NCBI GenBank assembly: GCA_030390025.1
Contig: CM059431.1
Span: forward strand, 117,554,001 to 117,618,000
Direction: 5' to 3'
From: Squalus acanthias
Taxonomy: Eukaryota
DNA: 64,000 bases
Shown: positions 47,928-60,192 of the stretch, in pieces
How positions within the stretch are numbered: position 1 is the stretch's first letter
Layout: every line of letters begins with the position of its first letter
The notes under the pieces: generated by a model
Told to the model about the DNA's origin: nothing
What the model saw: the letters and a program-made list of their open reading frames with translations, nothing else
Database searches by the model: none
Program-made: the position numbers and the translations under genes

Positions 47928-50712
47928 TCAAGCTATCACACTCCCTATCACTCTGGTGTGCTCCATGTGCTTATCCAATAACCGCTTGAAAGTTCCTAAA
48001 GTGTCCGACTCCACTATCACAGCAGGCAGTCCATTCCACACCCCAACCACTCTCTGAGTAAAGAATCTACCTCGGACATCCCTTCTATATCTCCCCTCAT
48101 GCACCTTATAGTTATGCCCCCTTGTAACAGCTGCCTCTACCCGAGGAAATAGTCTCTGAACATCCACTCTATCTATCCCCCTCATCATCTTATAAACCTC
48201 TATTAAGTCGCCTCTCATCCTCCTCCGCTCTAAAGAGAAAAGCCCCAACTCCCTCAATCTTTCCTCAAAAGACCTCTCCCCCCAAACCAGGCAGCATCCT
48301 GGTAAATCTCCTTTGCACTCTTTCCAATGCTTCCACGTCCTTCCTATAGTGAGGTGACCAGAACTGCACACAATATTCCAAATGTGGTCTCACCAAGGTC
48401 CTGTACAGTTGCAGCATAACCTCACGGTTCTTAAACTCAAACCCTCTGTTAATAAACGCCAACACACCATAGGCCTTCTTTACTGCTCTATCCACTTGAG
48501 TGGCAACCTTCAGAGATCTGTGGATATGAACCCCCAGATCCCTCTGCTCCTCCACGTTCCTCAGAACCCTGCCGTTGACCCTGTAATCCTTATTCACATT
48601 TGCCCTACCAAAATGAATCACCTCGCACTTATCAGGGTTAAATTCCATCTGCCATTTTTCGGCCCAGCTCTGCATCCTATCAATGTCTCTTTGCAGCCTA
48701 CAACTGCCCTCCACCTCATCCACTACTCCACCAATCTTGGTGTCATCAGCAAATTTACTGATCCACCCTTCAGTCCCCTCCTCCAAGTCATTGATAAAAA
48801 TCACAAACAGCAGAGGACCCAGCACCGACCCCTGTGGCACACCGCTGGTAACTGGTCTCCAGTCCGAAAATGTTCCATCCACCACCACCCTCTGCCTTCT
48901 ATGAGATAGCCAGTTACTTATCCAATCGGCCAAATTTCCCTCTATCCCACAACTCCTTACTTTCTTCATGAGACGACCATGGGGAACCTTATCAAACGCC
49001 TTACTAAAATCCATGTATACGACATCAACTGCTCTACCTTCATCTACACACTTAGTTACCTCCTCAAAGAATTCAATCAAATTTGTTAGGCAAGACTTAC
49101 CCTTCACGAATCCGTGTTGACTATCCCTGATTAAGTTGCCCCTTTCCAAATGGTCATAAATCCTATCCCTCAGGACCTTTTCCATTATCTTACCAACCAC
49201 CGAAGTAAGACTAACCGGCCTATAATTACCAGGGTTATTCCTATTTCCTTTCTTGAAGAGAGGAACAACATTCGCCACTCTCCAGTCCTCTGGCACCATC
49301 CCCGTGGACAGTGAGGACCCAAAGATCAAAGCCAGAGGCTCTGCAATCTCCTCCCTTGCCTCCCAAAGAATCCTAGGATATATCCCATCTGGCCCAGGGG
49401 ACTTATCGACCCTCAGGTTCTTTAAAATTGCTAAAACATCTTCCCTCAGAACATCTACCACCTCCAGCCTATCCACCTTTATCACACTCTCATCCTCAAG
49501 AACATGGCCCCTCTCCTCGGTGAACACTGACGAAAAGTATTCATTCATCACCTCTCCTATCTCTTCTGACTCCATGCACAAGTTCCCACTACTGTCCTTG
49601 ACCGGCCCTACCCTCACCCTGGTCATTCTTTTATTTCTCACATAAGAGTAAAAAGCCTTGGGGTTTTTCTTGATCCGACCCGCCAAGGACTTCTCATGCC
49701 CCCTCCTAGCTCACCTAAGCTCTTTTTTTAGCTCATTCCTTGCTACCTTGTACCCCTCAATCGACCCAACTGAACCTTGTTTTCTCATCCTTACATACGC
49801 TTCCTTTTTCCTCTTGACTAGACATTCAACCTCTTTTGTGAACCATGGTTCTCTCACTCGGCCATTTCCTCCCTGCCTGACAGGGACATACCCATCAAGG
49901 ACACGCAGTAATTGCTCCATGAAAAAGCTCCACTTTTCGTTTGTGCCTTTCCCTGATAGTTTCTGTTCCCATCTTATACTCCCTAATTCTTGCCTAATCG
50001 CATCATAATTACCCCTCCCCCAATTATAAACCATGCCCTGCCGTATGGCCCTATCCCTCTCCATTGCAATAGTGAAAGTTACCGAATTGTGGTCACTATC
50101 TCCAAAGTGCTCTCCCACATACAAATCAAACACTTGGCCCGTTTCATTACCCAGTACCAAATCCAACATGGCCCCACCTCTTGTCGACCTATCCACATAT
50201 TGTGTCAGGAAACCCTCCTGCACACACTGTGCAAAAACTATCCCATCCGAACTGTTTGACCTATAAAGGTTCCAATCAATATTTGGAAAGTTGAAGTCAC
50301 CCATGACAACTACTCTGTGACCTCCACACCTATTCATAATCTGCTTTGCAATTTCTTCCTCCACATCTTTATTACTATTTGGGGGCCTGTAGAAAACTCC
50401 TAACAACGTGACCGCTCCTTTCCTATTTCTAACTTCAGCCCATATTACCTCAGACGGCAGATCCCCCTCGAACTGCCTTTCTGCCGCTGTTAAACTATCC
50501 TTGATTAACAATGCTACTCCTCCACCTTTCTTACCAACTTCCCTACTCTTACTGAAACATCTATACCCCAGAACTTCCAACAACCATTCCTGTCCCTGTT
50601 CTAACCATGTCTCCGTAATGGCCACCACATCGTAGTCCCAAGTACCAATCCACGCTCCAAGTTCTCCTACCTTATTCCGGATGCTCCTTGCATTGAAGTA
50701 GACACACTTCAA
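47928..50712 (-). pseudogene. CR1 ORF2 (APE endonuclease and RT) with one stop (49711) and one frameshift (about 48290)
   Basis: ITETW, GDFN, SDH; DFSKAFD, PQGSVLGP, KFADD. Confidence 0.93.
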
Positions 50713-50825
50713 GCCATCTTCCTGTCTGCCGGTACATTCCTGCGACCTTGATACCCTCCTCAGTACCTCCCTACACTCACCACTGGCTCGTGGACTACAG
50801 CCCTTTTTCCCATCCCCCTGACAAA

Positions 50826-51752
50826 TTAGTTTAAACCCCCCCGAAGAGCCGTAGCAAATTTCCCTCCCAGGTTATTGGTGCCCCTCTGGTTCAGGTGCAA
50901 ACCGTCCTGTTTGTACAGGTCCCACCTTCCCCAGAATGTGCTCCAATTATCCACATAACTGAAACCCTCCCCCCTACACCATCCCTGCAGCCACGTGTTT
51001 ATCTGCACTCTCTCCCTGTTCCTCAACTCGCTAGCACGTGGCACCGGCAACAAACCAGAAATTACAACATGGTTTGTACTGGCTCTCAGCTTCCAACCTA
51101 GCTCCCTGAATTCCTGTTTTAAATCCCCGTCCCTTCTCCTACCTATGTCGTTGGTACCGATGTGTACCACGACTTGTGATTGTTCCCCTTCCCCTTTGAG
51201 GATTCTGAAAACACGGTCCGAGACATCACGGACCCTGGCACCCGGGAGGCAACATACCATCCGTGAGTCTCTTTTGCTGCCACAGAACCTCCTATCTGTC
51301 CCTCTGACTAATGAGTCCCCAATAACTATTGCTCTCCTGCTCTCCCCCCTTCCCTTCTGAGCCACAGGGACCGACCCAGCGCCGGAGATCCGGTCACCGT
51401 GGCTTACCACTGGTAAGTCGTCCCCCTCAACAGTATTCAAAGCGGTATACCTGTTACTGAGGGGAACGGCCACAGAGGATCCCTGCACTGACTGCTTCCT
51501 CCTAGCCCCTCTCACCGTCACCCATCTATCTTCATGCTTTGGAGTAATTACATCCCTGAAGCTTCTATCTATGACCTCCTCTGCCTCCCGAATGATCCGA
51601 AGTTCATCCAGCTCCAGCTCCAGTTCCCTAACACGGTTTTCGAGGAGCTGGAGATGGGTGCACTTCCCACAGGTGTAATCAGCAGGGCCACCTACGGCGT
51701 CCCTCACCTCAAACATTCTGCAGGAGGAACATTTCACTGCCTCCCCTGCCAT
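50826..51752 (-). CDS. CR1 ORF1p (zinc finger, coiled coil, SGNH esterase), intact
   Basis: CSSC...CGKC, GDSLVRG, HIGTND, DGLHLN. Confidence 0.92.
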   Translation of the reverse strand: MAGEAVKCSSCRMFEVRDAVGGPADYTCGKCTHLQLLENRVRELELELDELRIIREAEEVIDRSFRDVITPKHEDRWVTVRGARRKQSVQGSSVAVPLSNRYTALNTVEGDDLPVVSHGDRISGAGSVPVAQKGRGESRRAIVIGDSLVRGTDRRFCGSKRDSRMVCCLPGARVRDVSDRVFRILKGEGEQSQVVVHIGTNDIGRRRDGDLKQEFRELGWKLRASTNHVVISGLLPVPRASELRNRERVQINTWLQGWCRGEGFSYVDNWSTFWGRWDLYKQDGLHLNQRGTNNLGGKFATALRGGLN

Positions 51753-53974
51753 CCCCTCCAGCTAACTTGCAGATTAAACTAGAACAAAAAAGAGCTTACC
51801 TGATAGTCACTCACCTCCTTTAGGTTAGAGGAGGAGGAAGGGTGGGGGATACTACAAGTGTAGTGTCTCGGGTTTAGGAACCGCCCATCTTATATACAGG
51901 TAAAAAAATTAATCACCTACCCAGCAACCACTGCATCCCGCACTTTAAAAGCCTCTGTGGGCCTACCTGGTCGCCGCCGCCTCTTAAGTCCTCCGCCTCG
52001 CCGCAGCCGCTCCACCCAGGTCCGCCGCCTCTGTGGGCCTACCTGGTCGCCGCCGCCTCTTAAGATGCTGCCTGTCAATGGTGAGAGAGTTCTTCCAATG
52101 AGGTGAGACTGGATGGAGACATTGCTGGAAAGACTTGCAGCCTGCAGAATCTGTGCTGGAAATGGACTGAGCAACAGCTTCTGCCTGAGGAAAGTGATCA
52201 TCTGTCAGGTGGGAGCTTTTACTGAACATTTCATGCTGTCAAGTAATCAGCTGGAGCAATGGCTATGGAACTCCTGCCTCTGGTTGGCAGGTGTGGTTCC
52301 CGAGCTGCGTGAATGCCGTAGCCATGCAGGGAAATTTAAAAAGTAAGTGATAAAAGGCTCTTACGTGCCTCTAATCTACCTGATAACCATCTCAATTGGG
52401 TCCCCCGCCGCTGCCAGTCGGTTCAGCTATGCGATGACAGACGCGCCTGGGGGAAAGGAGCATGGGAGCAAGATGACAGCCCGACCCGCAGTCAAAAATA
52501 ACAACTTTCCCAACCAACCCGCCACCGATCGCGCCCGCTACCACCCCGGAAAATTCCGGCCTTGTTTTCTCTCGTTGGACTGATCCTTTGGAGCTTTGAA
52601 AAATATACTTAAGAATTTTCCTAGTTTCAATTTGCTGCCCTGGTCCCAACCAGCAGTTTGAGTGAGTCAGCATAGTCAGGAGCAGCATACCACTTCTAGA
52701 CATTCTGGAAGAAGTACAACAGATGGCTGGAATTGAGTCTGCAGCAATAAAAATGCCGTACGTGTGCACTCCAGTGTGTTCAGCCAGGCACATGCAGACA
52801 GTCTTATTAGCTCATGATTGGATCATGAAACTGCCCCAGAATTCCACTCTCACAGCTCCTGGCATTTGGATTGCTCTGTTAACTTAAACTGAGATTCAGT
52901 TCTGTCGTGTAACCCATGGTGGAGCAGGTAAGGTCTTTGGCATAAAAACAGGAAATGCTGGAAATACTCAGCATTTTCACTTACCTCAGGCGGAAGCTGT
53001 TGCTCAATCCATTTCCAGCACAGATTCTGCAGGCTGCAAGTCTTTCCAGCAAAGTTTCCATCCAGTCTCACCTCATTGGAAGAACTCTCTCACCATTGAC
53101 AGGCAGCATCTGTGGAAAGGTTTTTGGCATCTGGTCTCAATAAACTTCTAACTTAATTCAAATAAGTCCAAGTAATTGTAAATCATTCTAATTTTAATTT
53201 CTAAAACCATATTGAAATTTTAACTAAAGACCATCAGCATACTATATTTTCCCAAACTATCTTTTGTTTTCCTGCTCCATCTCTTATATTTGTCTGATTA
53301 CACTTCTGGGAAGCACCTTATTCAATGGTAAAGGTGTTGTATAAATATTTTGTTGCTCTTGCTCTAACGCTTCTTTCCCCACACTATTTCATGTTTTCCT
53401 GTTGTATCTCATGGTTTCCTGCTCTATCGCATGTTTTCCCACCATATCTCTTGGTCTTTCCACGATCTCCCTTGTCTTTCACTGACCTGAACTATCCTTT
53501 AGTCTCTTTTGACAAATTTTCTGTTCTTAGAGTGAATCTATTCGCCAATCCCCCTTTCCAAGTTTTACAGTGTCCTTGAATCCTTTATAGTTTAACAACT
53601 CCCTCCTGAGATGATGGTTACACCCAGCACTAATTTGTACCTCAGTAGAGCAGAAATAAAAAAGAACTTGTGCCTTTCACATCTTCAGGATGTCTCAAAA
53701 GTGATACAACCAATGAAGTACTTTCAAAATATATACACTGTTGTAATGTGGGCAGATATAATAGCACAAAGCAAAGTCACTCACACAGCAATGAGATATG
53801 TAACCAAATAATCTGTTTAGTGGTGTTGGTTGAAGGATAAATGTTGGGTGAGACATTGGGAGAACTCCCATGTTCTTATTCAAATAGGACCATGTTTTAT
53901 TTTATATCCATCTGAGAAAAAAATGGGCTCAGTTTAACATCTCATGGATGAATGGCTCCTGTAACAGTGTCATA

Positions 53975-55248
53975 CTTACATCTATATCCCTTTGTAATAT
54001 TTTGCTCCCATCTACACAACTTACTCTGGCTCCTAACTTAGTGTCATCTGCAAACTTGGATATACAACTCTCTATTCCTTTATCCAAGTCATTAATAAAT
54101 ATGGTGAAAATCTGAGATTCCAGTACAGATGCCTGGGGAACACCACTTGTCACATCCTGCTAATCAGAGAACATTCTTTTACCTGTCTTCAAAACCAATT
54201 ACCAACCTATGTCACCTATTCCATGTGCTTTCATATTTGCTAATAATCGCTTGGTGGAACCTTGTCAAATGCCTTTTGGGAGTGACATCCTCAGGCATGA
54301 TCTACCCTTCACAAATCCATGCTGACTCTCTTTGATTAGCTGATCAAAGTACTTAGTCACTCTGACCCTGATGATAGATTTCAGTAAACTTCACACAATT
54401 GATGTTAAACTGATAGGTCTGTAGTTACCTGGTTTCTCTGTTAAATAATATAGTGACATATTTAATTTTCAAAACCCAAAGCCCCAATTCCCAGATCTAG
54501 AGAGATTTTGGAAAATTATGACTGACGCATCTGCAATTTCCTCAACTATTTATTTTGATACCTAAATGTGGAGAACATCGGGTCTTGGAGATTTGTCTAT
54601 CTTAAGTCCCATTATTTTCTCCATTATTATATTTAATTATATTAAATCCATTAAGTTCCTTTCTTTGACATATTTTTTCGGGTTTCTTGTACCACTGGTA
54701 TTCTTTCTTTGTATTCCACTGTGCAAATGGATAGTGTACACATTTAACAAGTCTTCCATTTTGTTATTGTTCATTATGTCTCACCTTCATCTGCCTTAAA
54801 TGGGCTGACCTTTCTTCTTTCTACTCACTTTCCATTAATATATTTATGAACACTTCTGATATTAGCTTTCAAGATTCATTTTCATATTGTCTCTTATCTC
54901 ATTTGTTAAACATGGTTGCTTAGCTACACAAGTGGAGCTTTGTCTTTTAGGAACATGTACTGGTTTTCTATCATACTGAATACTTCTTTGAATACTCCCC
55001 ACTGTTTGTCTGCAGGTTTACCAATTATCATTTCAACCTAATTTACTGTAGTCAATTTATTTCTCATTCCTTCAATTTTTGCCTTACTTAAATTCAAAAC
55101 CTTGATTTGTGACTCACCCTTTTCAAATCTGCTATCAAATTCAGTCATATGGTAACTATTTGCAAGCTTTTCCCTTATGCTCAAACTGTTAACTAATTCT
55201 AGTTTGTTACTCATCACCAAATGGATATGGCCTGATCCCATTTCTGTT
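53975..55248 (-). mobile_element. Old degenerate CR1 ORF2 fragment
   Basis: TSGVPQ...FINDLD...[10 protein letters not shown]. Confidence 0.75.
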
Positions 55249-55258
55249 CTAACACATA

Positions 55259-56116
55259 GGGCTGGATTTTACCAGCCCTGAGAAGGCAGGTTTGGAGGCG
55301 AGACTGCTGGGAAAATGGGATAAATTTGGAGCGGGTCCCAACCCCGCTCCCAACCCACCTCCGAACCATCTTCCCGGGAGGCGGGTCCCCGACTTGCGCA
55401 GGGACCCGTCTCCTAGCGGCGGCAAGGGGATTAGAGCCAATGAACTGCCTGTTAACAGGTAGTTAACAGGCAGTTAAGAGGCTTTTCACCTTTTTCCACC
55501 TGCTGATGCGGGCTTCCCGACGGCAGGAAACCCCGCCAGGGTCAGCGAGGCGAGCTGTGGGTCTGCTGCAGTGTAAGTGTGCAAATGACAGCTGCAGATG
55601 TAGTGTGATGGATGCAATGGTGCACAGGTAAGTATGACTGGTGAGAGAATATAGTGAGAAATATTTTTATTCTCTTTATCTGTATCTGCAGGCGACAAGA
55701 TTTGATGTTTCTGTGAAGCCTCATCTAATCGGGAGAATTGACAGATGGCTTCTGTAATCTCACATGCAGCTGCTATCTGTTTTCTCCTAAGGAGAAAGTC
55801 ATTGGTGAGCCTGGGTGCAAGGGCTCACCTTTGGACAGTGATTGTCAGTGTTTGACAGCACCTCAATGCTGTCAAACACTGACAATTCATCTGTCAAAAA
55901 ATTATGGGGCCTGTCCCTTTAAGAAAACTGGCAGATGAAGTGTCATGCACTGACGTCATCTGACACTGGCTTTCCCTTAATTGGCCCGCAGGGCGGGCTT
56001 ACCAAGTCCAATCAAGGGAAAATAGCATCTGTTCGTCAGATGTCGCTGGGGGCGGGACTAGAACCCGGAAACCAGCAGTCCCGCTCCCATGCGCCTCCTC
56101 AGGTAAGATCGTGGCC
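55259..56116. mobile_element. Harbinger-type MITE
   Basis: GGGCTGGATTTTACC...GGTAAGATCGTGGCC; ATA TSD. Confidence 0.78.
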
Positions 56117-56233
56117 ATATTGTTATAGAAAACTGTCCTGAATACATTGTATAAATTAATTGGCTTTACTACTTGAGCTTTTCTGCTTCTCCCATTCTTT
56201 GTGAAAATTACAATCTACCATTATGAACACACT

Positions 56234-56957
56234 GGGCTGGATTTTGAATGACCCGTGGAGTCGGGTTTGGAGGCGTGTGGGGGGTTAAATTTGCGGGGTC
56301 GGGGTTTCCGACCCCATCCCGACTCCATCCCGCCTCCACGCAATTTTGACATAATCAGTCGCGGGGTTCCCGACTCCGCCCCGCCTTCAAGAGGCAGGAG
56401 AGGCCATTAAAGCCCTTAACAAGCTCTAATTGGCTCTGTAATGCCATTTTGAAACGCTGTAGCTAGTTTAACCCTCTTCTGACGTGAAGCACGCCTGGTG
56501 TGAAACACTCCAGTGAAACCTGGCGGGAGCACAAGTGGATAGCTCACTATCGGCTGCAGGTCCACTATTACAATGCAGATGTGATGAAGGTAGTAGTAGT
56601 ATTAAGTCTGAACGTCGCCTCTGATGCTGCTGGATTGAATGTCTTCAGAGACTGCCTGGGAGGACTTGCTTGGCAAAAAAATTCTCTCTCTCTCTCTCTC
56701 TCTCTCCTCACATCAAAAGCCAGGCAGGTCCTCTCTCACCAACAGTCTCTAAGACTAGGCAGTCAGCAATGATGACATCATCAGAGACGACTTTCAGTCT
56801 GAAAACACTAATGAGTTCATGGGTTCCCACATGCTCCAACTCAATTGCCCAATTAAGTTAAAATTGCATCAGGCATCCACATTAATCTGGAGTCGGCGGG
56901 GAAACACGAAATGCGGATTACACGACCCCAACACGACCCCAAGACAAAATCCAGCCC
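56234..56957. mobile_element. Harbinger-type MITE
   Basis: Perfect TIR GGGCTGGATTTTG / CAAAATCCAGCCC. Confidence 0.8.
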
Positions 56958-56960
56958 ATT

Positions 56961-57612
56961 GGCCCTGAATTTCCGATCGGAGGCTTCTTGCGGGCGGATG
57001 CCTCTGATCGAAAAAAATCTACGCACTTACCTGCTGGCTCAGTAGGTCCCGAGACTCCCGATCCTGGCCCTCTCCACTACGAAATGCACAGAGGCCCAGG
57101 TATCCCAGGTGCGCAGATGTTCGCAAGCACCCCAGGATCACATGGGCCATGGGGAACCAATCAAAGAAGGGAATCCCCCTTCACACTTTTGACAGGTCTC
57201 TATGCACGAATCTGTCAAAAGTATTATTGGGGATCACTTAAAAAACATAGTTAAACATTAAATACATTTTTTTAAACATCACGTATTTAAAATTAGTTAA
57301 AATTACATTAAATTAAATATTTTAAACAATTTTTTAAATTTTTTTAAAACTCTTACGCTGGTAAAAGCAAGCCTTACGCATGCGGAAGATTTTTTAAAGT
57401 TTTCAGCGGGAGGAGGTTGTGCAGAAAGCGGAACTCTCTGCCCGCGGAGGCCCTTTTCCCAGGCAGGCGGAGGATCTGTCAAGAGGCTTCTTGACAGATC
57501 GCAAGTGTCGGGTTTTAGCGCATGTGCTTCGCATGCCTGAAACCGGCACTTGCAAGGCCCCTATGGGTGCATACACCGCATACACACCCGTGGGGGTTGG
57601 AATATCCGGCCC
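56961..57612. mobile_element. Harbinger-type MITE with AT-rich core
   Basis: GGCCCTGAATTTCC...GGAATATCCGGCCC; ATT TSD. Confidence 0.75.
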
Positions 57613-60004
57613 ATTATTTTTGAAAAATGCTTCCCTAATCTCCATATATATATATATATATATATCCCCCACTGTATTACTAATATCAGAAGCTGTATAG
57701 ACAACTCCCATTAGTGTCTTGCATCCTTTGCTGTTCCTTAACTATACCCACAGTTTTTCCACTGCCTGAGCACTCTTACTGAAATCCATTCTTTCGACTG
57801 CTGTAATTGTGTCTTTTATCAATATTGCTACTGAACCTCCTTTTTCAATTTTCCTATAGCCTGGAATACTTAGCACCCAATCATGCCCAGCTTGTAGCCA
57901 GGTCCCTGTAATGGCTACTACATCATACCCTTTAAGCTGAATTTGTGCTTCTAACTAACTTGTTTTATTTCTTATGCTACGTGCAGACATGTACATAACT
58001 GTCCCCGCCCTGCCCATATGTCGTGATGATCTTTTTTCACACTTTATGACTCACTTGGTGGATTTTCCGCACCCACCCCGCAAACTACTTTGAATCTTTT
58101 CCCTCTGCCCCATTTTTCCTTTCCACAAGGACATACTCAAATGAAAGCACTTCAATATTTCAGTTTTAACAGGCGCAAAACTCCATTTTTCTAATTTGGT
58201 TCTCTTCCTTGCTGTGAATTCTTCTCGCATAGAAATCAATAGATTCACGGTAGAAGCTTTCATGTACTTGGCAATCCTTGAAGCCAAGATCTGCACTGAC
58301 TCCCTCTCTTTGTAAAAACTTTTCCACTGCAAAGATTTTCCCAAATGACGTGAGTCCTGCGTGATTTGCATTTCAGGAGACAGTCTGATCATCTGATGGG
58401 GAACTATCCCACTTTTTGTCAAATCTCCCAGGCCTGCCTCAGGTTGATTCATCAATCTTCAATGGTTCTGCAGACTAAGTACTAAGCAGATTTCAAGAAG
58501 AAGTAAATCAGTGGAGACTAATCTCTCTGCTGGCATTTTTTTTGTCAACAACTATAACATAAACTAGGATTTTAGTCATTGATCACTTCATGTCAGGCTA
58601 AATATTGAAATAATACTGAGTAAGTGCCCTGATGAGTATTATGAATGAGAGTGGTGACTTTGATCTGTGAAATTTCAGATTACAATGAACAGATTGTTTT
58701 TGCAAATGACATTTATCTTCAGTCTGTTTTTTCAACAGTGATGAATAAAGTTAATTATAGTATTTTGCTTTTAGGCCAGTGCACCAGCCTTTTTGAATTT
58801 GAAGTAGATTTATAAGAGACAGCTGTTAGTTAATGGAGCTGCCAGTTATCTCAAGTTTCTTTATTAATTTTTTTTCCTGATATCTTTCCCTGGAGACATA
58901 CTATTATGGCTTTGGTTTGTAAATTATTTCTGTCTGGATCACTGCATGAAAATGCTGTAAGTTAAATGATTTATTCCAACTTTGAGTACCATTCTGACTT
59001 CCATTAATCAAAGAATTTAGCATAACTGACTCATGGCTCAAGCTCTTTACCACTTTTGAAGATAGGAGTACACACGGACGGCTGAAGTAAATGGCCATTC
59101 GAATGTAATTGGGGGCTTTTATTGGCAATGTTACAGTTTTGTGTAAGAAAGAAAATAAAGACAATTAATTAGATTAAATTACTGATTCACCAAAGGAAAC
59201 TTGTCAAAATGTTGCGATGAATTCCTTGCTTTAAATTCCTTATTCACTAATGTTAAGTAGGATTCTCACTTTATAATTTCAATCAATCGAAACCAAGCAC
59301 AAAGCAAAATTCATATAATCAGCTATTCTGATACTGCAGCATATAAATACTGCACATTTTATTTTCCATTTACGACGCACAAAGGTTTATTTAAACGCTG
59401 TTCAGTAGAGGCACCTGCCAAATGATTTGATGTCAGTGTATTGATAGCATCGCCATGATCTGACAGCATAGAGAAAATTACCTTTCTGATTTTATCAATT
59501 ATATTAATACCAGGCAGACCATCATTAAGTCTGTGTGCAATTAGTCTGCCAGAGAACTGCAATAACTTGATACCAAGGTCATATGGATGGTGAGTTTAAA
59601 AATAAACTAAGCAGTGTGAAAAATTACATATATCTGAGCTTCAGAAAGCCTTGGGGGGGGGGTTATACTGGGCAGGAGTAGTGCATAAAATGGCGGGCAG
59701 GAAGCGTACGCACACTTCCGACTGGAAATGCGCCACCCGCCATATTGGGTAAAGACAAACAAGAGGCATCCTATACCCACATCTGAAGTTGCCGTCCGAC
59801 CATTTGCATATGCAAATAAGGGGCCTTATGTCTGCTTCTGGTCCCTGCTGCAACTTTGGTTTTCCCTGAGGCATCCAGCGCCAGTGCTGGTTACCTCCAG
59901 GAAAAGTAGGTCTACACACCACGTAAGTAAAAAAAGGTAAGTACTTACCATAATCAGCGTCGTTTCCAGTCTCTAGATCTCCGACCTCCGACCACCCTCC
60001 CGAC

Positions 60005-60182
60005 CAATGTTCCTGCTAAGATACATGCGCACGCGCGGCTGTGCAGTAATCCGAAAGGGCTCGCGCAGGCCCGTTCACTGGCTTTTACATTGTAAATACC
60101 GGGCATGCGCAGAAATTTAAATGGACCGTGCATTAAAAGAAACAAGCTGCGCAGAACAAAGTGCAGCTTACGCAGAACATTG
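60005..60182. mobile_element. hAT-like MITE
   Basis: CAATGTTC...GAACATTG TIR; perfect 8-bp TSD CTCCCGAC. Confidence 0.85.
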
Positions 60183-60192
60183 CTCCCGACCC

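Larger units (their letters stand above)
47848..52062 (-). mobile_element. Near full-length CR1 LINE
   Basis: GC-rich 5' end, ORF1, ORF2, (CATAGAA)n tail. Confidence 0.95.
47623..52561. mobile_element. Harbinger-type MITE split by a near full-length CR1
   Basis: Perfect TIR GGCCGGAATTTT / AAAATTCCGGCC; TTG TSD. Confidence 0.8.

Noticed and set aside
57645..57665. (TA)n run, and (TC)n at about 56684-56706
   Set aside because: Ordinary microsatellites.
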